DNA from: a virus
IMG/VR virus record: IMGVR_UViG_3300000233_000009
Coordinates: 4,087 to 68,086 of that record
DNA: 64,000 nt
Strand: one strand, 5' to 3'
The notes beneath the pieces are model-generated. The model was given only the letters and a program-made list of their open reading frames with translations. It did not search any database and was not told where the DNA came from. A program made the position numbers and the translations under genes. Shown piece after piece: positions 47,165 through 56,500 of the stretch (the first letter of the stretch is position 1; each line of letters opens with the position of its first letter).

Positions 47165-47932
47165 ATGAGTATTATCTCAGGAATTATGAATTCAATGTCC
47201 AAGGAAGACTTGTCAAAACTTGGCAAATCTGGTTCAAAGATTAACACAGATGGAGCACATCTCCTAACAATTACAGAAGCATATGAGATTGTCTCAGAAG
47301 GCGGTAAGTACCCTAGATTTGTATTGAAAATGGAAGACGGGGAAGGAAAGACTTTAGATTGGACTGGATTCCTTAAATCTACTGTGGGCAAAGACGAGAA
47401 AACTAAAACAGTTAAAGCTGGGGAATACTCAGTCAACGGGGTTAAGGTGTATCTCGACAAAGAAGGCGCAGAATATGATAACCTCAAAATTATCGGACAA
47501 ATCAAGAACCTGTGGGTAATTGTTGGACTCGATGCGACTAAATTCGGTACAGGAATTAAACCAGGCACTGTAACCTTCCCTGACAAAGGTATTCAGAATG
47601 TTGATAACTGGACCTCATTAATTGGCAAACAGTTTATAGGGGTTACTTCATACCTAATTAGTTTAGACGCTGCTGGCGCCAAAGCATGGAGAAATCAAGC
47701 TATCAACATGAATGATTTGTTTACTGCTAAGGGTCTTAGCCAAGTAGAGCATGACGCAGGCAAAACTGAGGGTGTAGCACTTGATGTAGCCGTCACTAAA
47801 GCTAAAGAAGCAGCAGCCATTAAAACCAAGGACAAACAAAATAAGCTTTGTCAACAGGAACTTAAGCTTGTACAAGGTGTTAACTCAGTACCTGTCACTG
47901 AAGTAATTACGTCTGCTGGAAGTCCTTTCTGA
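47165..47932 (+). CDS. single-stranded DNA-binding protein (N4 gp45-like)
   Basis: DGAHLLTITEAY OB-fold start, terminal SPF, syntenic after gp44. Confidence 0.72.
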   Translation: MSIISGIMNSMSKEDLSKLGKSGSKINTDGAHLLTITEAYEIVSEGGKYPRFVLKMEDGEGKTLDWTGFLKSTVGKDEKTKTVKAGEYSVNGVKVYLDKEGAEYDNLKIIGQIKNLWVIVGLDATKFGTGIKPGTVTFPDKGIQNVDNWTSLIGKQFIGVTSYLISLDAAGAKAWRNQAINMNDLFTAKGLSQVEHDAGKTEGVALDVAVTKAKEAAAIKTKDKQNKLCQQELKLVQGVNSVPVTEVITSAGSPF

Positions 47933-48162
47933 TGTTTAAGCCGTACAAAAGAAAGGCTATTGCCGAACTACGACCAGCAACTGCAGCTGAATGCGCAAAC
48001 GCAAGTGCACTTATAACTTCTGGAGTTTCTATTTCTAAAGTTGATTTAGAAAATGGTTCTCCAAAACAAGGCGGTATGATAGCTCGTAATCCTGAGAATC
48101 ACAATGATCAGTGGCTAGTGGCTGCTGATTATTTTACAGCAAATTTCGAAGAAGTACTATAA
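47932..48162 (+). CDS. conserved small phage protein
   Basis: YKRKAIAELRP...MIARNPENHNDQWLVAADYF. Confidence 0.7.
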   Translation: MFKPYKRKAIAELRPATAAECANASALITSGVSISKVDLENGSPKQGGMIARNPENHNDQWLVAADYFTANFEEVL

Positions 48163-48371
48163 TGGCTACACCAACAGTACTGGATCAATATCAAACAGCT
48201 CTAACTGGAGTCCTTGGGGCAATTGCAGCACATACTGTGGTGCAATCTAAGGAATCTAGCAGAGTCATTAGAGAGTGTAGCAAAGCACTTGACAGCATGT
48301 CAGTAGGTCTTCGCAAAGAACTACTAGAATCAGAAAAGTCTATGGTGATCAGTAATGACTCACTTAATTAA
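48162..48371 (+). CDS. small helical-hairpin protein (possibly Hc1/histone-H1-like family)
   Basis: SKESSRVIRECSKALDSMSVGLRKELL. Confidence 0.45.
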   Translation: MATPTVLDQYQTALTGVLGAIAAHTVVQSKESSRVIRECSKALDSMSVGLRKELLESEKSMVISNDSLN

Positions 48372-48414
48372 CCCAATCTTAACAACAATATACCATCTAA
48401 AGGAAGCTATAAAA

Positions 48415-48744
48415 ATGCAAGTTATTAAACCACAAATCCAAGTTACACTGACCAAAACAGAGCTAAATACTTTGCTCACCGAAGCACTTACTAATGAGAC
48501 TGCATCTGCAGCAATCAAACGAGCCCTAAACCCGCTTCTTAGTACAGCGTTCCCACAATTTCCTGAGTTCACTCAAGCAACTCTAGGAGACATAGCAGAA
48601 GACGGCTCAATTACAGCAATACTACGCCAACCAAAACCTGTACTTGCTACGATGCCCAAGGTGCCTATTGACTCTCCACTTAAATCAATAGAGCCTTTAG
48701 TAATTGAAGAGACCATCGAGGACTCTACTTCGTTTACACAGTAA
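48415..48744 (+). CDS. hypothetical protein (N4 gp46 position)
   Basis: AAGGAAG RBS, MQVIKPQIQVTLTKTEL. Confidence 0.6.
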   Translation: MQVIKPQIQVTLTKTELNTLLTEALTNETASAAIKRALNPLLSTAFPQFPEFTQATLGDIAEDGSITAILRQPKPVLATMPKVPIDSPLKSIEPLVIEETIEDSTSFTQ

Positions 48745-48786
48745 CCAATTCAACTATACACTCTTCAGAGTGTCATTGACAATCTG

Positions 48787-48815
48787 GTAGTCCCACAACA
48801 TAAGGACTACTTTTT
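48787..48815 (+). terminator. rho-independent terminator
   Basis: GTAGTCC...GGACTAC plus T tract. Confidence 0.65.
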
Positions 48816-48882
48816 AAATTCTTTAAACCGTAAGGATACCTATTGGTTAACTCATTAAAATTAAACATAAGGAGGACCTGCA

Positions 48883-50343
48883 GTGCTTTTAACATACACC
48901 GATGAACAACATGCAATATTTGATGAGTTAATGACTCCAACTAGCCCAGTAATCGCCATAAAAGCCACTGCAGGTTCTTCTAAAACCACCAGCCTAGTCC
49001 AAGCAATTAAACGCTATAAGAGAGTATCTCCTGATGCTGCCGTACGATACTTGGTATTCGGGGCTTTAAACGCAGAAGAGGCACGACGGGAGTTTGGGAC
49101 TAACGCTATAGCATCTACGTTACACTCCTACGCGCACGCTAACACAGTTAAACAATTTGGGCTTGGTCCTATCCGTCCATTTTTGACTTGGAGTGATGTA
49201 CCTAAATCCATTAATAGACCTTTTGGCTCTGATTCTGAGCTACTTTATAAGATTGAAGAATACTGTAAATCTGATTATTTGTCTCTTGACTCATATGTTG
49301 CTGAACAAAAGACTCTTCATCCTGAACAGGATCTCTGGTTTGTAAGCCCAGCTAAGGAAATCCTAAACCTTATGGCTAAAGGGGCTATGCCTTGTACTCA
49401 CAATTTCTACCTTAAGTTATTTCATGTACTCGTCATGAACGGCACTATCCAATTAGCACCTGTAGATCGTCTATTAGTGGATGAATTTCAAGATATGTCT
49501 GGTTTAGCCATTGACATCGTTAATGCCATACCAGCTGAACAGAAAGTATTTGTAGGGGACGACAACCAAGCAGTATTCACTTTCCTGAATCTACAGAACG
49601 GATTTGCCAAATACCCTGAAGCTAAACAATTACATTTAACTAAGTCATTTCGTGTTGACCAGAAGTATGCTCCTGCTATCCAACAATTCCTACGACGGCA
49701 CTTAGAATCTGATGCAGTATTTATAGGAATGGAGTATCCTGTTAATTCAGTTATTAATACTCATGCCTATATAACTCGTACTAATAGTGCGCTTATCAGT
49801 AAAATGATTAGTTTAGACAAGTCAAATACTCCGTATCATTTATCTAGTAAGGTTAAACTCAAGCAGTTATTTAAATTGCCTTTAGCATTAATCTATGCTA
49901 AACCAGCATTTGTTCAAAAAGATGCAGAACTAGCACAATTACAACATGATATTGATGATTGGGGTTCTCTCCCTGCTTCTGAACGAAAAGAACTTACTCT
50001 ATTTAAGCACCTTCGTAAAATTCATCCTAATAATACAAAACTGCTTGGAGCTATTACCTTAGTCAGTAAACATACCAAAAGCTCTATCCTTTCAGCATAT
50101 GCTAACGCCAGTACTCATATAAATAAGCCTTGTAGTCTTACTTTGCTCACAGGACACGTAAGTAAAGGTGCAACTTTTGACTCGGTAGAACTTGATAGTG
50201 AACTAAATGAAGCTTTGTCAAAAGTGCTTAAAAAAGATCAGACTCAACTTACTGAAGAAGACTTATCAGAATATAGGGTGTACTTCGTTTGTTGTACAAG
50301 ACATCGACATCAGCTCCTTAATGCAACACATCTTAACTTATAA
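48883..50343 (+). CDS. superfamily 1 (UvrD/Rep-like) helicase
   Basis: ATAGSSKT, VDEFQD, VGDDNQ, LTKSFR, HVSKGATFD, FVCCTR. Confidence 0.88.
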   Translation: MLLTYTDEQHAIFDELMTPTSPVIAIKATAGSSKTTSLVQAIKRYKRVSPDAAVRYLVFGALNAEEARREFGTNAIASTLHSYAHANTVKQFGLGPIRPFLTWSDVPKSINRPFGSDSELLYKIEEYCKSDYLSLDSYVAEQKTLHPEQDLWFVSPAKEILNLMAKGAMPCTHNFYLKLFHVLVMNGTIQLAPVDRLLVDEFQDMSGLAIDIVNAIPAEQKVFVGDDNQAVFTFLNLQNGFAKYPEAKQLHLTKSFRVDQKYAPAIQQFLRRHLESDAVFIGMEYPVNSVINTHAYITRTNSALISKMISLDKSNTPYHLSSKVKLKQLFKLPLALIYAKPAFVQKDAELAQLQHDIDDWGSLPASERKELTLFKHLRKIHPNNTKLLGAITLVSKHTKSSILSAYANASTHINKPCSLTLLTGHVSKGATFDSVELDSELNEALSKVLKKDQTQLTEEDLSEYRVYFVCCTRHRHQLLNATHLNL

Positions 50344-50351
50344 GGAATATT

Positions 50352-51434
50352 ATGACAACCCTATATAAAGTAAACAAAAACAAAGCAATTCAATCTTGGT
50401 CTATACAAACAATTGAGGATACATTTATTATAACTTTTGGCCTGATCGGCGTAATTATGCAAACAGTCTCCACAAAATGTTATAGCAAAAATATTGGGAA
50501 GTCTAATGAGACAACACCTGAGCAGCAAGCTATACTGGAAATGGAAGCATTAATAACTAAAAAGATTAAATCTGGCTATTCATATGACATTTCGGCTCCT
50601 AACACAGTGATGTTGCCAATGAAGGTAAAATGTTATCAAGGCCAATTACACAATATCAAGTTTCCATGTTACAGTTCAGCGAAATTAAACGGGGTTAACG
50701 GAACTTATCGTAGAGTGAATGGCAAACTTAGCCTTTACTCTCGAGGGGGTGAGCTATATCCAGCAATACCTCATCTTGAGTCATTAGTGCATGAAACAAT
50801 GGACCTGTTTAATTCTAACGAACTTAATGGCGAACTATATATACATGGATTTGCATTGCAGGATATTACCTCTGCTGTAATTAAGCCTAATAGCAACTCT
50901 AATCTACTTGGTTTTTGTATATTTGACATTGCGGATATGTCTAGCACATTTAGCACACGAGCCACGATAATGCATTCTTATCAGAACTTTGATACCACTA
51001 TACACTCTACAGTATCAGTTGTATACAATGTTACTTGCAACTCTATTGCGGATATTGAAGCGCATTACACTGAATGTGCTGATTTTGGTTACGAGGGAAC
51101 AGTCATAAAAAACACCAAAGCCTTGTACCAACACAACGTCAGATCGTCTGATATGTTCAAGTACAAAAAAGCACAAGATGCTGAATGGGAGATTATTGGA
51201 TATGAGCTAGATAAACGTAACCATCCAGTATTTATCTTCATCACCAAAGAACTCAAGACATTCAAAGCCAAACCAAAAGGTACACATGAATTTCTAGCAA
51301 ACATTGACCCCGACACCTACATAGGCCAGTTTGCTACTTGTGAGTATGAAGTTCTTAGCAAAGACCTTATACCATTGAAGCCGATTTTTATTGGCTTACG
51401 TACCTGTGATTCTAACGGAAGCCAGTTAATCTAA
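50352..51434 (+). CDS. ATP-dependent DNA ligase
   Basis: AKLNGV, LNGELY, IFDI, YEGTVIK, FKYK. Confidence 0.9.
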   Translation: MTTLYKVNKNKAIQSWSIQTIEDTFIITFGLIGVIMQTVSTKCYSKNIGKSNETTPEQQAILEMEALITKKIKSGYSYDISAPNTVMLPMKVKCYQGQLHNIKFPCYSSAKLNGVNGTYRRVNGKLSLYSRGGELYPAIPHLESLVHETMDLFNSNELNGELYIHGFALQDITSAVIKPNSNSNLLGFCIFDIADMSSTFSTRATIMHSYQNFDTTIHSTVSVVYNVTCNSIADIEAHYTECADFGYEGTVIKNTKALYQHNVRSSDMFKYKKAQDAEWEIIGYELDKRNHPVFIFITKELKTFKAKPKGTHEFLANIDPDTYIGQFATCEYEVLSKDLIPLKPIFIGLRTCDSNGSQLI

Positions 51435-51666
51435 TCCACGAGCGCAACTCTCGCTAAACTATTTTAAAGGAATCGCAATGACTGTAAAAGTCTATTTTAA
51501 GGATAAGTAGGTGAAAATAACAAACTTGCACTTTTATAGTTTTTAAACGAAACTTTTTATGTGTAAATTGCCAAACACCATTCAAATCAAAAACATACTT
51601 TAAACTAAGTATGGCACTAAAGTTAGAAAAGTCCCACTGTGACAACACCATTCAAGAGGAGAGAAA

Positions 51667-51822
51667 ATGACACAAGAAGAAATTGTAGACATGATAGAAC
51701 TGCTTGAAATGACAGCAAATGAAAATGAAGTCAGAGTAAAAATCGAGGACGTACTGGATATGCTCAACAGCTGCAGTACTAAAAAAGAGTGCATAGACTG
51801 GATTAGTGCCTCAATAGAATAA
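51667..51822 (+). CDS. 51-aa acidic protein (not in ORF track)
   Basis: GAGGAG RBS; MTQEEIVDMIELLEMTANENEV... Confidence 0.55.
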   Translation: MTQEEIVDMIELLEMTANENEVRVKIEDVLDMLNSCSTKKECIDWISASIE

Positions 51823-51886
51823 CTACGTTGAACTAAAAGCACATCTAAAAAGTCTAGTCAAATAATATAACAAAAAAGGAACTAAC

Positions 51887-52156
51887 ATGACACGAAAAGA
51901 ACTAGTTGCATGTATCGCAACCAAAAAAAGCATTACTAAAGTAGAAGCTACTCGTCAATTAGACACAGTATTGGACGCTATTGAAGCAGCCCTCACAACG
52001 GACTCTGTTGTAGATCTATTTGGGTTTGGTAAATTTACCAAAAAACACAAACCTGCCAAATCAGGTATTGCATTGGGTAAACCATATAGCACACCTACAA
52101 AGAATGTTGTAAAATTCAAAGCTGCTAAAGCATTAAATGATACTTTAAACTCTTAG
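51887..52156 (+). CDS. hup: HU family DNA-binding protein
   Basis: MTRKELV...VDLFGFGKF...VVKFKAAKAL. Confidence 0.92.
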   Translation: MTRKELVACIATKKSITKVEATRQLDTVLDAIEAALTTDSVVDLFGFGKFTKKHKPAKSGIALGKPYSTPTKNVVKFKAAKALNDTLNS

Positions 52157-52176
52157 TAGATATCATTCCGACCTAC

Positions 52177-52209
52177 GATCAGCCTCTGCAGGCACGCTGA
52201 TCTTATTTT
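52177..52209 (+). terminator. rho-independent terminator after HU
   Basis: GATCAGC...GCTGATC plus TTATTTT. Confidence 0.55.
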
Positions 52210-52273
52210 GCATATCTTATGTACACTTTATCAATTAATTTGTGTGCATAAAATATTTAAAAAGGAGTTACAT

Positions 52274-54478
52274 ATGATCCAAGTTGTTAAACATGATGGT
52301 TCGCTTGAACCTTTGGACATATCCAAAGCAACAGCAAGTCTATCATGGGCTATTGGTGATCTGACGGGCGTTTCTTTGTCAGACATCGAAGTACAGTCCA
52401 ATTTGCATTTCTTCGACGGCATCCACACCAGCTACATTACTGACATTTTTATAAAGACATGTGATGATCTAGCCAATCTTCGCAACCCTAATTACGACAT
52501 AGTAGCACGCAATCTTAAGCTACAACGTTTATACAAGCAAGTGTTTGGCTCAATTCACCCTCCTAGTTTAGTAGACTTCTTAACTAAACGTGTTAAAGAT
52601 GGCCACTATTCCTCGAATTTAATTAATAATGCTCAAATCGATTACCACCAGCTTGAAGCAGCGATCGATCACAAACGTGACTTTACATTCACTAGTTCTG
52701 GCCTAGATGCGTTAATCAACGGCTACGGAGTATGTAAATTTGAGACCCCTCAATTTATGTTCATGGCTATCGCAATAGACATCTTTCGTGATTACCATAT
52801 AGACCCAACACGCTATATTGTTGACTTTTATCATGCTCTGTCAACATTTAAGATAACTCTACCAACCCCAGAAATGAAGTCACTACGTACTAGTTCTACT
52901 GACTACGCTAGTTGTATAATCTTACGTATGGGGGATTCTATTGATTCTTGGAAAGCTGCATCTAATGCACTAATTGATCATACAGTAGCTTCTGCAGGAG
53001 TTGGTGTAGATATTGCTGATGTAGCTTCTATTGGAGATAAAGTTAAGTCGGGTAAAATCACCCATTCAGGTAAATTGCCAATACTTAAATCTATTGATAC
53101 GGACATAGGGAAAGCAAGTCAGGAATCCAGAAGAGGCTCTGCCACAGCGTGTCTAAACTTTTTTGATCCAGAGATAGAGACAGTGTTTGCACTTAAGTCT
53201 CCTCGTATGCCTGTACAAGACCGAATTAATGACTTGTCATACCTTATTAAAGTTAATCAACTTGTATATGATAGAGCTAAACAAGGTAAGGTGCTATCAT
53301 TACTTTCGGTACGTAAATGTCCCCGTTTACTTGAATTATTTTACTCAAGTGATGTAGATGCATTTACTGAGTACTATGAACAATGTGAAGAACAAGAGTT
53401 ATATACCAGTCAAATAGATGCTAGGACATTTTGGGAAAGACTTGTTGCTGTAGAATCAGCAGAGACTTCGGCTTACTATATACTAAACATAGATGAGATT
53501 AATGCTAATTCTCATATCACTAGGGCTATTACTATGGCCAACATATGTATTGAGTATATGACTGGAATTAAGCCATTGTCAACCACTGATACATCATCAC
53601 CTGACATTGGTGTTTGTGTGCTTGGTAATGTAAACCAAGGCATTGTTTCTATTGATCAACTTCCTAGTGTTACCAACTTGTTAGTCCGAGCGCAGTCGCA
53701 TATCATGACTAGGCAAGTCCATCCAACTACACAAGCTAACGCCTATGTCAAACACTACAGGGACATTGGTCTTGGGTTATCCAACCATGCATTTTGGCTA
53801 GCTAATCAAAGCTTCCGCTATGGTCAACAAGAAGCATTGGATAAGCATAATGAATGGATGGAACACTTCTCATATAACTGTCACGTTGCCTCAATACAAC
53901 TGGCTAAGGAATTAGGTGCTGTACCAGGATTTGTTTATCACGACAAACTATTACCAGTAGCACGTTACAATCGTAATGTTGATGAACTTGTTTCACCAAC
54001 TTGGCATTGTGACTGGACTGGTTTAGCTTACGAGATCGAACACTCTGGTATGTACAATGTTGGATTGATGATGGTACCACCTGCAGAGACATCTGCTGGA
54101 CCTTCAAATCAAACGACTGGGTTAGAACCAATACGTAATTTACTAACTGTCAAAGACAAGTCTGGAGTTAATTATAAGCAATTTGCACCTGACTGTATTC
54201 GTCTTGCTGATAAATATGACTTTGCATATGATAGAGATATTAATAGCGATTTCTTGAAACATGTTGCTGTAACCCAAAAGTGGATTGATAAAGGGATCTC
54301 AGCAAATACATTCTATAATCCAGAACTGGCCGAAGGCAAAGTAAATGCAACATCAATTATTGCAGACTTATTCTTTGCCAAGGATTACGGAGTAAAAGGA
54401 CGCTATTACATGAATGTCAAAATGCCAGACGAACAAGAATTACAATCTAATTGTAATGGGGAGGGATGCTCGGTATGA
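52274..54478 (+). CDS. nrdA: ribonucleotide reductase class Ia alpha subunit with ATP cone
   Basis: VVKHDG, LPTP, YASC, ANICIE, GVCVLG, YY, C-terminal CNGEGC. Confidence 0.95.
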   Translation: MIQVVKHDGSLEPLDISKATASLSWAIGDLTGVSLSDIEVQSNLHFFDGIHTSYITDIFIKTCDDLANLRNPNYDIVARNLKLQRLYKQVFGSIHPPSLVDFLTKRVKDGHYSSNLINNAQIDYHQLEAAIDHKRDFTFTSSGLDALINGYGVCKFETPQFMFMAIAIDIFRDYHIDPTRYIVDFYHALSTFKITLPTPEMKSLRTSSTDYASCIILRMGDSIDSWKAASNALIDHTVASAGVGVDIADVASIGDKVKSGKITHSGKLPILKSIDTDIGKASQESRRGSATACLNFFDPEIETVFALKSPRMPVQDRINDLSYLIKVNQLVYDRAKQGKVLSLLSVRKCPRLLELFYSSDVDAFTEYYEQCEEQELYTSQIDARTFWERLVAVESAETSAYYILNIDEINANSHITRAITMANICIEYMTGIKPLSTTDTSSPDIGVCVLGNVNQGIVSIDQLPSVTNLLVRAQSHIMTRQVHPTTQANAYVKHYRDIGLGLSNHAFWLANQSFRYGQQEALDKHNEWMEHFSYNCHVASIQLAKELGAVPGFVYHDKLLPVARYNRNVDELVSPTWHCDWTGLAYEIEHSGMYNVGLMMVPPAETSAGPSNQTTGLEPIRNLLTVKDKSGVNYKQFAPDCIRLADKYDFAYDRDINSDFLKHVAVTQKWIDKGISANTFYNPELAEGKVNATSIIADLFFAKDYGVKGRYYMNVKMPDEQELQSNCNGEGCSV

Positions 54479-54765
54479 TGAAACAACATATACTCCATAA
54501 AATGATTTTAGATGAAATAATGGAATTTAAAAAAATAAATTTAAACCCAACTACGCTTGTAATAAGAGCAGATGTATTACATCATATGCTTGGTTGGGAA
54601 GACATCAGAAGATACTATATACCAAAGCATGAAACAAAAAACAAAAAAGCTATGTATCTGAATTTGGAAGTAGTTGAAAGCGTGCCGTACGATGACTTAG
54701 AATACTTTGTATGTTGTGCAGCTTTTGCAGGAAAATCAAGAAAGGAAATACTTACAAATGTCTAA
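54475..54765 (+). CDS. hypothetical protein inserted between nrdA and nrdB
   Basis: AT-rich ORF overlapping both neighbours. Confidence 0.55.
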   Translation: MMKQHILHKMILDEIMEFKKINLNPTTLVIRADVLHHMLGWEDIRRYYIPKHETKNKKAMYLNLEVVESVPYDDLEYFVCCAAFAGKSRKEILTNV

Positions 54766-55846
54766 TCATCTATTTAACCAAAACCAAATCAACTTTGCAA
54801 ATGAGCCGCTGTTCTTAGGAACAGGACGCAATATCTCTCGTCTTGATTTATCTATAGAACCACATATAGCAAAGTCTACTGCAGATGCATTAGGCAAGCT
54901 ATGGTTTGCAGGTGATTTTAGTCCTAGCAAGGATGCTAAATCATACATTGAATGTAGCGCACAACTTAACACTCTATTCATGAAGAACTTAAAGTTTCAA
55001 ACTTTATTGGATTCATTAGCAGCACGTTCAGTTGCAGAAGTGTTCGTACCAATCACCACTAATCCCCAATTAGAATCGTGGTGGTACCAACATGCATTCT
55101 TTGAAAACAACATACATAGCCAGTCTTATGCTGACATCCTAAAGGGTTTACCAGTAGATGCCAAAGCTATCTTTGACGACATAATGGTAAACCCAGAAAT
55201 TCTAGCTAGAGCAACCTCCATTGTAGCCTGCTTCGAAGATACAGTACAGTGGAACGCTAAGATGATCTTGGACATTGACTATTCCGTAGAAGCGCATAAG
55301 TACTCTATTGTAATGTCACTGTTTGCACTTAACATTCTTGAAGCAGTACTATTTAAGTCTTCCTTCCTAACAAGTTTTGCCTTTAAGGAAAATGGATTTT
55401 ACTCCATTACTGCAGATATAATTAGCAAGATTGCCATGGACGAAGCTGGGCATTACGCAATGACTACTAACGTCATTAATAGACTACGCAAAGATCCAGC
55501 GTGGGCTTACATTTTTGTAGAAAATTCAAACGCAATCGATCAGCTTTACCGAGATGCACTCATTGCAGACTATGATTGGATTGATTACTGCTACACTGAT
55601 GATACTCGTTTATTGGGAGTAAACAATGCAGTTGTTAAGCAGTATATCACAGCAAATATACACTCAGTTATGACTTCAGTAGGACAACCTCCAATTGTAG
55701 ATAGAGTAGACAATCCTTGCTCCTGGGCAAAAAAGTACACTCGTCCATCTAATATTCAAACAGCCCAAAAAGAAAAAACTGGGGGTCAATACTTGTTAGG
55801 TATTGTAAGACAAGATACTACCTCAAAGTTCTGGAATACTTTATGA
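54758..55846 (+). CDS. nrdB: ribonucleotide reductase class Ia beta subunit
   Basis: QTLLDS, ENNIHSQSY, ILEAVLF, DEAGH iron and radical ligands. Confidence 0.95.
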   Translation: MSNHLFNQNQINFANEPLFLGTGRNISRLDLSIEPHIAKSTADALGKLWFAGDFSPSKDAKSYIECSAQLNTLFMKNLKFQTLLDSLAARSVAEVFVPITTNPQLESWWYQHAFFENNIHSQSYADILKGLPVDAKAIFDDIMVNPEILARATSIVACFEDTVQWNAKMILDIDYSVEAHKYSIVMSLFALNILEAVLFKSSFLTSFAFKENGFYSITADIISKIAMDEAGHYAMTTNVINRLRKDPAWAYIFVENSNAIDQLYRDALIADYDWIDYCYTDDTRLLGVNNAVVKQYITANIHSVMTSVGQPPIVDRVDNPCSWAKKYTRPSNIQTAQKEKTGGQYLLGIVRQDTTSKFWNTL

Positions 55847-56111
55847 AGAGAGGAGCATGTATCACTAAAGAGAGTTTAACTACTACATCAAATGGAGGTA
55901 AAACTGACTTCTATGATATCGTAGGATGCACTGATGTGGATGATTTAGCAGAGCATTGGGATCTTAGAGGAGATGAGCTCAATTGTCTTAAAGCTATAGC
56001 AGGTATTGCACTTGGTTCAAGGCATCAGGTACATCTCCTATTAGAGATGCGAATAAACTATTACACTACGCTCAACGTATTGTAAATCGACTTAATAAGG
56101 ACTCACAATGA
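55843..56111 (+). pseudogene. DUF3310-like small protein with a 1-nt frameshift
   Basis: GGKTDFY...NCLKA...RH then GTSPIRDANKLLHYAQR...SQ* in the -1 frame, ending in ATGA overlap with next gene. Confidence 0.6.
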
Positions 56112-56500
56112 AATGGATAAATAGACTTAAGATGTGGCGTAAAGCTCGTGGTATAACAGTACCGTCAGGCAAGATTGTAACGATGTTAGAGGAAGAAATA
56201 GCGGAATACTCACATGCTAGAACTATTCAAGATGAACATGAAATGATTGATGCTTTAGCAGATATCATAGTATTAGCTTCTAATGAACTAGCTTTAATGG
56301 GTTATGATACGGATTTAGTATTGAAACAGACTGTAAAACATATCTCTTCTAGGGTCCAAGACCCTGCTCAAGCAGCTTTATGGAAATCTGGGCAGGTATC
56401 GGAAAAATGGAAAAAGTATGCTGACCAGAATCCTGACAGCATCTATCTCCCTAATTACAGTTCATGCAAACTCAAAAGGAGTATCTTAGAGCACTCTTAG
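56108..56500 (+). CDS. MazG-like nucleoside triphosphate pyrophosphohydrolase
   Basis: MLEEEIAEY...MIDALADIIV. Confidence 0.75.
   Translation: MKWINRLKMWRKARGITVPSGKIVTMLEEEIAEYSHARTIQDEHEMIDALADIIVLASNELALMGYDTDLVLKQTVKHISSRVQDPAQAALWKSGQVSEKWKKYADQNPDSIYLPNYSSCKLKRSILEHS

Noticed and set aside
51478-51660. Decayed CxxC-containing gene after the ligase
   Set aside because: Several stops and no recognisable family, too weak to call
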